A stretch of DNA of 64,000 bases from Fibrobacteria bacterium (lineage in GTDB: Bacteria > Fibrobacterota > Chitinivibrionia > Chitinivibrionales > FEN-1185): NCBI GenBank assembly GCA_037447435.1, contig JBBIGR010000007.1:32001-96000 (forward strand), in the 5' to 3' direction. The translations under genes were made by a program, and so were the position numbers. Each line of letters opens with the position of its first letter. Position 1 is the stretch's first letter. This document shows positions 9,309 through 19,493 of this stretch, one piece after another. The notes beneath the pieces are model-generated. The model had not been told where the DNA came from and did no database searches. It saw nothing but the letters and a program-made list of their open reading frames with translations.

Positions 9309-10445
9309 CTACCGCACTTTGAAGAAAATAATTAAGCCTATGACAAGTAAAATCACCGAGATGATATGAAACCGCCAGGTTATTTTCGAACGGATATAAA
9401 ACTCGTTCGCATAGAACGGGTTTTTACGCATTTGAAACTGGAAGTGATGGTGAATGGGTGCGCGCAGAAAAATGCGCTTGCCGGTCAATTTGAAAGAGGT
9501 GATTTGCATAACCACTGAAATGAATTCGAACATGAAAATAAATCCGACGATCGGAATGATGAAAGCGGCTTTAACAAATATGAACATGATGCCGACGGTG
9601 CCGCCCAAACCCACGGCCCCTGAATCGCCCATGATAATGGAAGACGGCGGCGAATTAAACCAGAGAAACGAGAGCAATGTTCCGACCATGGCGCCGATGA
9701 CGGGCAAAATCTCGTCTACTCCGTTAATATAGGGGATTAAGAGGTATTTGCTCCAAACGACATGACTCGAAACGTACGAAGCGATTCCGATGAAAATGAG
9801 ACAGGTAATAATTGGGACTGCGGCAAGCGTATCGAAACCGTCGGTAAAGTTCACCCCGTTTGCCATGACCGCAATGACAAGGGTCATGAACGGAATGAAA
9901 ACCCAAAACGGCAAATACGGAAAGTCTTTGGAAATGGAGAAAAACGGTATGTTTATGTATCCGTTGATATTCGGGATATATTTGTAGGCGCCTATGGCAA
10001 CAAGGCAGGAAATGCCGATGTATAGAAAAAGCCGTAAATTGGCCGAAATTCCGTCGGCTTTATATTGATAATCCTGTTTTGTAAGTTGGCCTTTGGCAAC
10101 TCTGGATTTGTTGATCACTTTGGCAATATCGTCGAAGCCGCCGATAATGCTGAAAAAAATATAAATGACAAGCGTTGAAATGACGTATGAATTGAAACGG
10201 GCGGTGAGGACGCACGTTAAGACAATGATGACCAGAAAGAGCAGGCCGGCGGGCATAACGGGGTCGGGTTTACCTTTAACTGCCTCGAATTCGGTATTCA
10301 CATTTAATTTCCGGAGAAAAGAAATATAGGGCGGAAAGAAAAACATTGCGCAAAGGAAGGAAAAAACCGTTGCGACACTGGTACTGAAAAGTCTGCTGTT
10401 TAACAAATAAAGATGGGTGTGTTGGTACAAAAATTCTATGAGCAT
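9309..10445 (-). CDS. mraY: MraY-like phospho-N-acetylmuramoyl-pentapeptide transferase (divergent, outside the dcw cluster)
   Basis: About 10 TM helices; GGFDD, NGVNFTDGFD, LWFN...MGDSG, RIFLRAPIHHHF motifs; start placed at ATG 10445 (ACAGGA RBS). Confidence 0.8.
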   Translation of the reverse strand: MLIEFLYQHTHLYLLNSRLFSTSVATVFSFLCAMFFFPPYISFLRKLNVNTEFEAVKGKPDPVMPAGLLFLVIIVLTCVLTARFNSYVISTLVIYIFFSIIGGFDDIAKVINKSRVAKGQLTKQDYQYKADGISANLRLFLYIGISCLVAIGAYKYIPNINGYINIPFFSISKDFPYLPFWVFIPFMTLVIAVMANGVNFTDGFDTLAAVPIITCLIFIGIASYVSSHVVWSKYLLIPYINGVDEILPVIGAMVGTLLSFLWFNSPPSSIIMGDSGAVGLGGTVGIMFIFVKAAFIIPIVGFIFMFEFISVVMQITSFKLTGKRIFLRAPIHHHFQFQMRKNPFYANEFYIRSKITWRFHIISVILLVIGLIIFFKVR

Positions 10446-10598
10446 GAATGTCCTGTAAAAACAAAGGTTTCTATGATGGATTTCCTGAAGCAAGCGTAAT
10501 GGTTGTCTTCAAGACAATAAATATATTATATAGTTGCGGAAAGGTTAAGGCCAAACCATTTATTAAATAAAAAAATGTGGTTTCCTGAAAGGGTATCT

Positions 10599-11759
10599 AT
10601 GAAAAATTTCCCGACTCGATTTTGCATTATCGCGGTTTTTATTTCTATTATATCGTCCGTCACCGGTTTTGCGCAGGAAAACATCGCGGTCATGGAGCTC
10701 GAAGCAAAGAATATCTCGTCGGCCGATGTATCGGTTCTCACCGATAAGTTTCGGTCGGAAATTATCAAAACCCGAAAGTTCAATGTCATGGAACGCGAGC
10801 GGATGAACGATATCCTTAAAGAGCAAGGTTTCCAGTTAAGCGGCGTTTGTTCTACCGACGAATGCGCCACAAAAGCAGGACATATCATCGGTGTTTCGAA
10901 GATGATTGCCGGCTCTATCGGCAAATTAGGTTCCTCGTACTTGGTGACGTTGCGGATGATCGACATCGAAAGCGGTAAAATCGTGCGCAATGTTGATGAA
11001 ACCATAAAAGGAAATGAAGAATATTTGCTTGAAACCGGAATGTCGCAGATGGTAACAAAGCTGCTTTCGGTGCGGGACCTGGGACAAAAAAATGCAAAGC
11101 CAAACGGTGTCCCGGGAAATTTTGGGCCGTCGGATGGGCTTCTGGGATTTTGGCCTCTTGATAAAAAAGACGGGAATTCGCTTACCGATCTATCAGGGAA
11201 CGGCAAGCACGGATCTTCGTTCGGCTGCAAAATAGACATCAAAGGCGGGTTGAAGTTTTCGGGTTCGGGTGACTATGTGACACTGGGTGATTTGCCCCGC
11301 GCAACGCAGTACACGGTTTCTTTTTGGGTAAATCCGCTTGGTATTGCGGATCAAATTTGGTATGATGCAATGTGCGGAAACGGCAAAGGGGGTATTGGGA
11401 TTTATGTGATGCTGAATGTGCTGCATTTCAGCGCAGATCCCGAATGTGAAACCGCCAATCCCGTTGCCGATATTTCTTATTCGATGGACAATATAATGCC
11501 GGGGAAATGGCATCATGTAGCGGGGGTCTTTTCCGCCGGTAAATTTATGGCGTTGTTTGTTGACGGTAAAGAACTTAAGCGCATTGTTTCGGATATTCCT
11601 CAATCGATGCCCGGGGTGTCGGTCCAATATTTTGGCGCAGATCAGCGAATGCCGGATATTCAATCGTATTCCGGTAAAGCAAGAGATGTAATGGTTTTCG
11701 ATCGTGCGCTCGAAAACGGCGAAGTTGCCGCACTGTATTCCGCGGGAAGGAATCGATGA
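10599..11759 (+). CDS. Secreted CsgG/TolB-N-like domain plus LamG/ConA-like jelly-roll domain protein
   Basis: Signal peptide; FNVMERERMNDILKEQGFQ...GSIGKLG; then GLLGFWPLD, DLSGNGKHG, WHHVAGV, LFVDG, FDRAL. Confidence 0.82.
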   Translation: MKNFPTRFCIIAVFISIISSVTGFAQENIAVMELEAKNISSADVSVLTDKFRSEIIKTRKFNVMERERMNDILKEQGFQLSGVCSTDECATKAGHIIGVSKMIAGSIGKLGSSYLVTLRMIDIESGKIVRNVDETIKGNEEYLLETGMSQMVTKLLSVRDLGQKNAKPNGVPGNFGPSDGLLGFWPLDKKDGNSLTDLSGNGKHGSSFGCKIDIKGGLKFSGSGDYVTLGDLPRATQYTVSFWVNPLGIADQIWYDAMCGNGKGGIGIYVMLNVLHFSADPECETANPVADISYSMDNIMPGKWHHVAGVFSAGKFMALFVDGKELKRIVSDIPQSMPGVSVQYFGADQRMPDIQSYSGKARDVMVFDRALENGEVAALYSAGRNR

Positions 11760-11850
11760 CTTTGTCATTAACTTTGTTATATGCCCTTTTTCCGACAAGC
11801 AGGAGGGGCATGACGGCAAAAATATTCAATAATAGATACAGGAGTTCATA

Positions 11851-12699
11851 ATGGCCCCTATTGTTCTTGACGGAAAAGTATTGTCAAAATCAATTGAAGA
11901 AACCCTCAAGAAACGCGTTGACGCGATCGTACTAAAAACCGGAAACGTTCCGATTCTTGCAACAATTTTGGTCGGCTCCGATCCGTCGTCGGCAACCTAT
12001 GTGAAGATGAAGGGAAATGCGTGCGTTCGGGTGAATATGCGATCGAAAAAGGTGGAATTGCCCGAGTCCACGACGACGAAGGAATTGCTTGATGTAATAG
12101 ACGGCCTCAATGCGGATACCAACGTCCACGGCATATTGTTGCAACATCCGGTGCCCAAACAAATCGACGAGCGCGCTTGCTTTGACCGTATTGCGCTTGC
12201 AAAGGATGTTGACGGGGTGACATGTTTGGGCTTTGGCAGAATGGCCATGGGCGAGACAGCGTACGGGAGCGCGACACCGGCAGGCATCATGTCGATTTTG
12301 GAACATTATAAAATAGCGTTGGCAGGTAAGCATGCGGTTGTCGTAGGAAGAAGTCCTATCCTCGGGAAGCCGATGGGCTTCATGCTTCTCAATAAGCATG
12401 CAACCGTCACGATTTGTCATTCAAGAACGAAAAACCTGCCTGAGATTGTTCGTCTGGCCGATATTGTCGTCGGTGCAGTAGGTAAACCTAAGTTCATTAA
12501 AGCGGAATGGATAAAAGAAGGTGCGGTGATCGTTGATGCCGGATACCATACAGGCGGCATTGGCGATGTTGATTTGGAAAATTCAATGGCAAAAGCAAGT
12601 GCATATACGCCGGTTCCCGGCGGTGTTGGTCCGATGACTATCGCTACTCTTATGCGTCAAACGGTTGAGGCCGCGGAAAAAGCGTGCGGCATCGTCTAA
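11851..12699 (+). CDS. folD: Bifunctional methylenetetrahydrofolate dehydrogenase/cyclohydrolase
   Basis: [37 protein letters not shown]. Confidence 0.97.
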   Translation: MAPIVLDGKVLSKSIEETLKKRVDAIVLKTGNVPILATILVGSDPSSATYVKMKGNACVRVNMRSKKVELPESTTTKELLDVIDGLNADTNVHGILLQHPVPKQIDERACFDRIALAKDVDGVTCLGFGRMAMGETAYGSATPAGIMSILEHYKIALAGKHAVVVGRSPILGKPMGFMLLNKHATVTICHSRTKNLPEIVRLADIVVGAVGKPKFIKAEWIKEGAVIVDAGYHTGGIGDVDLENSMAKASAYTPVPGGVGPMTIATLMRQTVEAAEKACGIV

Positions 12700-12720
12700 G
12701 GCAGGCACCGACGTCGGCCA

Positions 12721-12746
12721 AGAGACGTAATGCGCTACGTCTCTAC
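12721..12746 (-). repeat. GTAG-type REP-like palindrome
   Basis: Minus strand gtagagacgtagcgcattacgtctct: GTAG tetranucleotide followed by a hairpin, between convergent genes. Confidence 0.6.
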
Positions 12747-12797
12747 AATAAATCCGGAAAATAGGCGTCGGCATCCACACGGCAAGAATGGAAAGAT

Positions 12798-13034
12798 TTA
12801 ATCTTTTTTTACCTTATTGCTAAAAGTTAGGTAGCCGGCTGCTGAAATTGCTATGAGCAAAATGATAGGGATACGATGCTTGAGATGCATCGGGATTTCT
12901 TGCCATGGCATCTGTTTGGGACCAAAATGTAAGGGCGCCACTTCTATAAAAAAGAACATCAGGATGATGACGAAAAACAGTATTGCAAATTGTTGGATGC
13001 GATTTTTCTTTGCGGGTTCCTGTGATTCTGCCAT
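12798..13034 (-). CDS. Small 2-TM membrane protein
   Basis: 78 aa, two hydrophobic segments, AAAGGA RBS. Confidence 0.7.
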   Translation of the reverse strand: MAESQEPAKKNRIQQFAILFFVIILMFFFIEVAPLHFGPKQMPWQEIPMHLKHRIPIILLIAISAAGYLTFSNKVKKD

Positions 13035-13050
13035 TTGCGATTCCTTTTTA

Positions 13051-13779
13051 TTATATTCTTACTTGTAATGCGATTTTGATTGAATTGTATAATGATTTGA
13101 CTAGAGGCGGCGCATAAAAACGTTTGGCGTATTTAACGATGTCTTTATCGGGGTTTTTCTCTTTTTTTAAAAACGAATAAAACACCGGTCTGCCCGTATC
13201 GCTTTTGCCGATTCGTTCGTATAAAAGCGCGCCTGTTTTATCCCAAATCTGAACGTGAAATTCGGTTTTTGCAGTATAGGATATGGGTTTTTCGTAGCCC
13301 GGACCCGAGAATTTATCGTTCCGCCAACCCGTTGGTCGAACGGTAATATGCTTAATAATGCAAGAATAGGGGACAACAACAAGGTCCGTCTTGTGTTTTT
13401 TTGCAATCGATTTAACAAATTCGGTCATGTGAGAAAACGATGAGGTATCGGAATTTAATCGGGAATAACCGGAATTCTTAATGGACGAAATTGAATCGGA
13501 ATCTGCGGGAGAGAAAGGAACGATTTTAAAATTTTGAGAGACTTCATATGCAAAAAGTCCATTAGCCGCTTCGATAAAAAATGAATCGTTGAACAAAGTA
13601 TCGGGAATAGACTTCGTATTATCTACATAGGAAACATGAAGGTAGTTTATGGGAATACAGAGAGCGGTTTTATACCTTTTCAACAACTGTTGATCTGGAT
13701 CGTTTTCCTTCGTTATCATTTGCGCCGTGCAACCGGACAGGAAAATTATAAAAGAGATGCCAAGGAATTTAAATAACAT
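13051..13779 (-). CDS. Hypothetical lipoprotein
   Basis: Lipobox LSGC after a hydrophobic stretch; start placed at ATG 13779. Confidence 0.72.
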   Translation of the reverse strand: MLFKFLGISFIIFLSGCTAQMITKENDPDQQLLKRYKTALCIPINYLHVSYVDNTKSIPDTLFNDSFFIEAANGLFAYEVSQNFKIVPFSPADSDSISSIKNSGYSRLNSDTSSFSHMTEFVKSIAKKHKTDLVVVPYSCIIKHITVRPTGWRNDKFSGPGYEKPISYTAKTEFHVQIWDKTGALLYERIGKSDTGRPVFYSFLKKEKNPDKDIVKYAKRFYAPPLVKSLYNSIKIALQVRI

Positions 13780-13878
13780 AATTGAAAATTCCGATCGCAA
13801 AATTGAATGCACCCGAATACTATATTAAGAAAATAAATAAAAACCACCACCAGTATTTTCGAAAGAAAGGCATTGCAT

Positions 13879-14649
13879 ATGAAAAACATTATTACGCTTC
13901 TTTCGATATTCCTTATGATGCTTGTCGTTGGAGGGATAATTCTTGTAAGTAAACTTGCTTCGTCCGATGTTAAAAAGGCTGCACGATATGCTGCTGCAGG
14001 GAATTGTGCAAAAGCGATTTCCGGATATGCTCAGGCTGCAATTACTATGGCCGACTCTCGCAAAACGCCCTATGTACCGGATAAAATCCAGGCTGCGAAC
14101 TTAAATCCGCAAACATGGCAAAAGCCGTTGGGTGAATTTGTCGATTGGGCAAATTCGATCAAACCCTTTCCTCCCAACCTGTCCTCGACCTTGGCTCTTA
14201 TAGATGCGTGTACAACCGCGGCCTCACACGAAAACAACATTTATTCGATTCAATCTTATAAGCTTGGCCTCGACGAGTTTACCGTTGCTTGGGAAAACGC
14301 TCTTTGTCCTGAAAAAAAACAAAATGATAATCAAGTATATCCGCTGATCGAAAAAGCCTTTTCATCGGGATTTTGTTTAGTCACGTTTTCTGGAAATTCT
14401 ATATATTCATATGAATTGAATTTGATTTGTAAGGAAAGCGGAAAACTGACCGAAGTGAATATAGACTGCGATAAACAGGCGTCTTTCCCGTTAAAGCAAG
14501 GGACGTATTCGGTAATAATGTCGAGCAAAAAAATGTTTGAGGGTGGTCAGGCCTGGATTTCTCAAAAAGAGGTAACCCGGTTAGTTGTACCCGATTCAGC
14601 AACTGTTTTAACAGCCTTATTGAAGACCGATGTGAAGCGTGGAAAATGA
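13879..14649 (+). CDS. Hypothetical membrane-anchored protein
   Basis: 256-aa ORF with N-terminal TM helix and AAAGG RBS. Confidence 0.7.
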   Translation: MKNIITLLSIFLMMLVVGGIILVSKLASSDVKKAARYAAAGNCAKAISGYAQAAITMADSRKTPYVPDKIQAANLNPQTWQKPLGEFVDWANSIKPFPPNLSSTLALIDACTTAASHENNIYSIQSYKLGLDEFTVAWENALCPEKKQNDNQVYPLIEKAFSSGFCLVTFSGNSIYSYELNLICKESGKLTEVNIDCDKQASFPLKQGTYSVIMSSKKMFEGGQAWISQKEVTRLVVPDSATVLTALLKTDVKRGK

Positions 14650-15329
14650 AAGTCCTGAGTCGCGATTTACTGAATACCAATATCTATCCTGCTATTATCA
14701 ATAATAATGTTGTGTCCTTTGAAAGAGGATGCCTAAAAAAAGTCTTGAAGCCAAAAGAATGCCACAGGGATTTTCGCTTACTCCAACTGTTTGGTAATAA
14801 TATCAACCAGGATCTGCACTGCTGTTAATAAATCCTAAGATGACCAAAAAAAGCGAGAAAAATAGATTTTTGAATTGAAATTCTCATGTAATAATATGTA
14901 AAATATAAATTCGCTTTGGGTTAAGGCGAAATTTCTTTGGTTCTTAAAGATGAACAAGTTAAAAAATTAAGGTTTTTAAAGCCGATTTTAATGAGATCTT
15001 ACTTTTAATTTTAATCCCCGCGATTTATTTTACACATCTCTGAAGCCCCTGTAAAAACAAAGGGATTTATTTAAAAGCTTGTTGCCCAAAATAACCTTCG
15101 AATTTGCAAAATTATGTTTCGCTTTAAAAAAACATTTTTAGCAAAACAGCGTTCTTCTTATGGCCTATTCTACGAAATGGAAACCTTCGATTTCTACACT
15201 CTTAAATAGAGTTTGTTATAAATAATTAACCAGTATGATTTTCCCAAGGAGGTGATCCGGCAGCTACTGGAAACGTTTTGTTGAAGAAATAATCATCCGT
15301 ATCAGACTAATTTAACTGAGGAGAAAGAA

Positions 15330-17390
15330 ATGAGTAAAATCGTCCTATTTGCTCTGGGAGCAGGAGTTCTCGGGGTAATTTATGCGCTTGTTACAGCTGC
15401 TTGGATTATGAAGCAACCCGGTGGCACAGATAAAATGAAGCAAATTTCCGATGCCGTTAAAGAAGGTGCTGTTGCGTTTTTAAACAGAGAATATAGAACT
15501 GTTGCAATGGTAGCAGTTGTTCTTGCAATAATAATTTTTGCAATACCCCAGCTTGGCATGTGGGCTGCTATCGGCTTTTTAGTTGGAACTGTGGGTTCCG
15601 CTTTGGCCGGTTACATCGGAATGATGGTGTCGGTACGTTCAAACGTTCGCACAGCAGAAGCAGCAAAAAAAGGTTTGCAAGCTGCTTTGACTCTTGCATT
15701 CAAGGGTGGTTCAGTAACTGGCTTGGTTGTTGTAGGACTTGGACTACTTGGCGTTTCTGGTTTTTATTCGATTGTTAAATCTGTTGCGCCTGAAAGTGCA
15801 TTTCATGCTCTTGTTGGGCTTGGATTTGGCTGTTCACTAATGAGCGTTTTTGCTCGTATTGCTGGTGGAATTTATACCAAAGCCGCAGACGTTGGTGCAG
15901 ACCTTGTTGGTAAAGTCGAAGCCGGAATTCCCGAAGATGATCCGAGGAACCCTGCTGTTATTGCGGACAATGTCGGTGATAACGTTGGTGATTGTGCTGG
16001 AATGGCTGCTGACCTTTACGAAACATACACTGTAACCATTGTTGCCGCAATGCTTCTTGCTAAAACAGCTTTTGGTGCAGAAAGTTTTTGGGTTCAATTT
16101 CCGCTTCTTATCGGAGGAATTTCCATTATTGCATCCGTTATTGGGACATACTTTGTAAAAATGGGTAAAAAACAGAATATCATGGGGGCTCTCTATAAAG
16201 GGCTTGCTGTTTCCGGTATTCTTGCTGCCGGAGTTTTTTATCTGGCAACCAAATACTTTTTGGCAAAACTTCCTGTTAATGAGCAAATTTTTTCTTTAAA
16301 CAGAGTTTTTGCTTTATCGCTCATTGGCCTTGTTTTAACAGGCCTTATTGTTATGATTACTGAATATTTTACATCAACCAGTTTCAAGCCAGTTAAGCAC
16401 CTTGCTGAAGCATCTCAAACCGGACATGGTACCAACGTTATTGCTGGACTTGCGCTTAGCATGAAATCGACTGCAATGCCGGTGCTTGCTATTTGCGCTT
16501 CAATTGGTGGAGCGTTCTGGCTTGGCGGTGGATTTTCGGGAGCTGAAAATTGTGTCATGCATGGACTTTTTGCCATCGCACTTTCTGCTGTTGCAATGCT
16601 TTCCATGACAGGTATCGTTGTTGCCATAGATAGTTATGGTCCGATCACTGACAATGCCGGTGGAATTGCGGAAATGGCTGGTTTAGACGAAAAGGTGCGC
16701 GGCATAACAGACCCCCTTGACGCAGTAGGAAATACAACTAAAGCGGTGACGAAGGGCTATGCAATCGGATCTGCTGCTCTTGCAGCATTAGTTTTGTTTG
16801 CCGAATACTCACGTTCATTCGGATCTGCGCTTACTTTTGATCTTTCGAATCCCAAAGTGATTATCGGACTCTTTATCGGTGGACTTCTGCCGTTTTATTT
16901 CAGCGCACTTCTTATGGAATCTGTTGGTAAAGCAGCTGGTGGTGTTGTTGAAGAAGTTCGTCGTCAGTTCAAGGCTTTCCCAGGAATCATGGGTGGAACA
17001 CAAAAGCCTGAATATGGCACATGTGTTGACATCGTGACAAAGGGTGCAATCAAGGAGATGATGCTTCCTTCGTTTCTTCCCGTTGCAGTACCTATTCTTG
17101 TTGGTTTTATTGTAGGTCGTGAAGCTTTGGGTGGTTTACTTATTGGTGCGATCGTCACAGGCCTTCTCCAAGCAGTTGCCATGACAAGCGGTGGTGGTGC
17201 ATGGGACAATGCTAAGAAATACATTGAAAACGGCGCTTTCGGTGGCAAGGGCTCTAATGCACATAAATCTGCGGTAACAGGCGACACCGTGGGCGACCCG
17301 TACAAAGACACTGCAGGACCCGCCATTAACCCGATGATCAAGGTAGTGAATATCGTTGCACTACTTATTGCTCCTCTCTTGATGAAGTAA
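15330..17390 (+). CDS. hppA: Membrane H+-translocating pyrophosphatase, K+-independent type
   Basis: [26 protein letters not shown] (Lys signature of K+-independent enzymes), [19 protein letters not shown]. Confidence 0.95.
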   Translation: MSKIVLFALGAGVLGVIYALVTAAWIMKQPGGTDKMKQISDAVKEGAVAFLNREYRTVAMVAVVLAIIIFAIPQLGMWAAIGFLVGTVGSALAGYIGMMVSVRSNVRTAEAAKKGLQAALTLAFKGGSVTGLVVVGLGLLGVSGFYSIVKSVAPESAFHALVGLGFGCSLMSVFARIAGGIYTKAADVGADLVGKVEAGIPEDDPRNPAVIADNVGDNVGDCAGMAADLYETYTVTIVAAMLLAKTAFGAESFWVQFPLLIGGISIIASVIGTYFVKMGKKQNIMGALYKGLAVSGILAAGVFYLATKYFLAKLPVNEQIFSLNRVFALSLIGLVLTGLIVMITEYFTSTSFKPVKHLAEASQTGHGTNVIAGLALSMKSTAMPVLAICASIGGAFWLGGGFSGAENCVMHGLFAIALSAVAMLSMTGIVVAIDSYGPITDNAGGIAEMAGLDEKVRGITDPLDAVGNTTKAVTKGYAIGSAALAALVLFAEYSRSFGSALTFDLSNPKVIIGLFIGGLLPFYFSALLMESVGKAAGGVVEEVRRQFKAFPGIMGGTQKPEYGTCVDIVTKGAIKEMMLPSFLPVAVPILVGFIVGREALGGLLIGAIVTGLLQAVAMTSGGGAWDNAKKYIENGAFGGKGSNAHKSAVTGDTVGDPYKDTAGPAINPMIKVVNIVALLIAPLLMK

Positions 17391-17409
17391 TTTGCGGGCT
17401 TAGTTTGTA

Positions 17410-17443
17410 AATAAAAAGGCAGGGAATCCCCTGCCTTTTTATT
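17410..17443 (+). terminator. Intrinsic terminator after hppA
   Basis: aataaaaaggcaggg-aatc-ccctgcctttttatt. Confidence 0.85.
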
Positions 17444-17463
17444 ATCCACTTAGGAGTAATACT

Positions 17464-18039
17464 ATGAAGAAACTTGTGTTATTTACCGCCTTACTGGTTT
17501 CACTTCTGTCATGTGTTTCGACTCGTTATTACGGCTTTGCTCTTGTTACTGTTGATCGCCCGGTCCATTTTGCGGAAAAACATGGCGCGATCGCAGGAGA
17601 AAAAAACATTGACCTGAAATCTCCTTATTGCACGTTTCACGATAGTTGTCTTCGAATATCCATTGCAATTACCGATGATCGAATTGCCTTTAAATTAACA
17701 AATACAATGCAAAAGTCTTTTAATGTTGTATGGGACAAATGTGGGTTTAAAAGTCCAACAGGATCAATCGTGCATGTGATTCATCAAGGAACAAATTATG
17801 CTCATAAGGAGGAATGGCAAAGACCTTCCGTTGTTGCTAGCGGAAATACAATAGATGATTTTCTTTTGCCAGCATTTCATGTAAGTGTTTATGCCGAGGG
17901 GAATGATGGATTTGCGGTAAAACCCTTGATTTTTTCTTGGGATTTTGGAAAAGAGTGTGCTGCAGTTTTCGCATTGGAAATAGATAACGAAATTGTCGAA
18001 TATACTATTCGCTTTACAATAAATCCTGTGCAAAAATAA
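17464..18039 (+). CDS. Hypothetical lipoprotein
   Basis: MKKLVLF...LLSC lipobox; AGGAG RBS. Confidence 0.78.
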   Translation: MKKLVLFTALLVSLLSCVSTRYYGFALVTVDRPVHFAEKHGAIAGEKNIDLKSPYCTFHDSCLRISIAITDDRIAFKLTNTMQKSFNVVWDKCGFKSPTGSIVHVIHQGTNYAHKEEWQRPSVVASGNTIDDFLLPAFHVSVYAEGNDGFAVKPLIFSWDFGKECAAVFALEIDNEIVEYTIRFTINPVQK

Positions 18040-18194
18040 AATCATTTGTTTCTATCATCAGGCCGCCAAAAGTTTGACAAATGCGGCGCTCGGACCCGAG
18101 TTCATCGTGATTCCGTCGTTTAAGGTTTCGTTGTACCATTGTATCGCAAGTTTAAGGAAAAAGAATGTTTCATAAATCTTCCCTTTGCCAATGC

Positions 18195-19355
18195 TTAAAA
18201 ATATCGTGCCACTTTATACCGAAAGGTTTTGGTATCCGTTGTAACGGTCAGCAAATAAACGCCCCCGGGAATACCTTGACCCCAGGGAATATCGTGACGC
18301 CCCGACGAAAGTTTGCCTTCGAAAACCTGGCGGACGAGTTTACCTGAAAGATCGTAGATGTTTATCCTCGTATGGGAATCGTATTCCGAAACAAAATGTA
18401 CGTAATATTTACCAGCCGAAAAGGTAACGTCATTAGTCGTTTTCGACACATCCTCTTCAAAAACAGGGTTGCGTTCGATTTTGGTTTGCGGGTCAGTAAG
18501 TAATTTGTAGGTACGGATATAATCGACTTCGAGGGTTTCGGGAAATGTGCAACTGATGGGTGTTCCAAGCGATCCGCCGACGGCAAGGTTAATGATGTAG
18601 AACATGTTTTGTTTAAAACACGAGCAGCCGCTCAGACTTTTGGTGACCAAGCCTCGCACCGTGTCGATGGGTTCGCCATTGTTCCTGTGCCAATACTTCA
18701 TTTGAGTCGAATTCCATTCACATGAGTAAATTCTCCAAACGTCCGCCTCGTTACCGGTGGTAATGTCGACCCTGCCGGTATTGGGACAATTGCTGTTGCA
18801 AAAACCGTTTGTCAAATAGGACGTCGCATGCGACGACTGATATTCCCAGATGTCCACCTCACCGCAGGTGGGCCAACCCTGAACCGCACCGGCCGCGGGG
18901 CAGCGCGGCGATTCGCCGACCGTGTTGCCGAGCATCCAAATTGCAGGCCATAACCCCGAAATGGTCGCTGCAGGAGGTTTCATCCTGAATTCTATTTTAC
19001 CATAAGTAAAAGCCATGCGGCATTGACTGTTGATCCGTCCCGACGTGTAATTGTAATTGCCCATTTTCATGCTCCGGGCAACAATCTGAAGCGATGTATC
19101 GGTGGTTCTGAAATTATAATCGGTAAGATGCGAGCCCGCGGGCACATTATATTGGGCATCGGTGTATTGCTGGGCCTCGTTGTTGTTATGCGCATCGGTC
19201 TGAAAGTACCATTTGGCAAGATCGATAGTCGTGCCCGCAGGATAATTGAACTCGTCCGATAATTGCGGTTGCAAAACCCATGTTGCCGGACTCGAAGCAA
19301 TCGCGGCGGTAAAAGCCGATGCCAAGAGTAAATGGAAAAATGCGACAAGTTTCAT
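18195..19355 (-). CDS. Secreted GH16 beta-glucanase with T9SS-like C-terminal domain
   Basis: SDEF, YTSGRI, GKIEFR, WPAIWML, GEVDIWE (ExDxxE), INLAVGG, EVDYIR; tail IYDLSGK...GVYLL. Confidence 0.9.
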   Translation of the reverse strand: MKLVAFFHLLLASAFTAAIASSPATWVLQPQLSDEFNYPAGTTIDLAKWYFQTDAHNNNEAQQYTDAQYNVPAGSHLTDYNFRTTDTSLQIVARSMKMGNYNYTSGRINSQCRMAFTYGKIEFRMKPPAATISGLWPAIWMLGNTVGESPRCPAAGAVQGWPTCGEVDIWEYQSSHATSYLTNGFCNSNCPNTGRVDITTGNEADVWRIYSCEWNSTQMKYWHRNNGEPIDTVRGLVTKSLSGCSCFKQNMFYIINLAVGGSLGTPISCTFPETLEVDYIRTYKLLTDPQTKIERNPVFEEDVSKTTNDVTFSAGKYYVHFVSEYDSHTRINIYDLSGKLVRQVFEGKLSSGRHDIPWGQGIPGGVYLLTVTTDTKTFRYKVARYF

Positions 19356-19493
19356 GAAAGGAGCCCCCCAAACAGGAAAGACGTTTATTTTGAACCGGAA
19401 TATTACTTAACGAATATTAATCGGTTAAACGATGCACGTCAATGTAAAACCCCTCCTGAAACAGATTCGCTCTTGGGTAGAACCCAATCGGTT

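Noticed and set aside
18058..18190. Coding-like minus-strand fragment (..QWYNETLNDGITMNSGPSAAFVKLL)
   Set aside because: About 43 codons with no clear RBS and no recognisable family.
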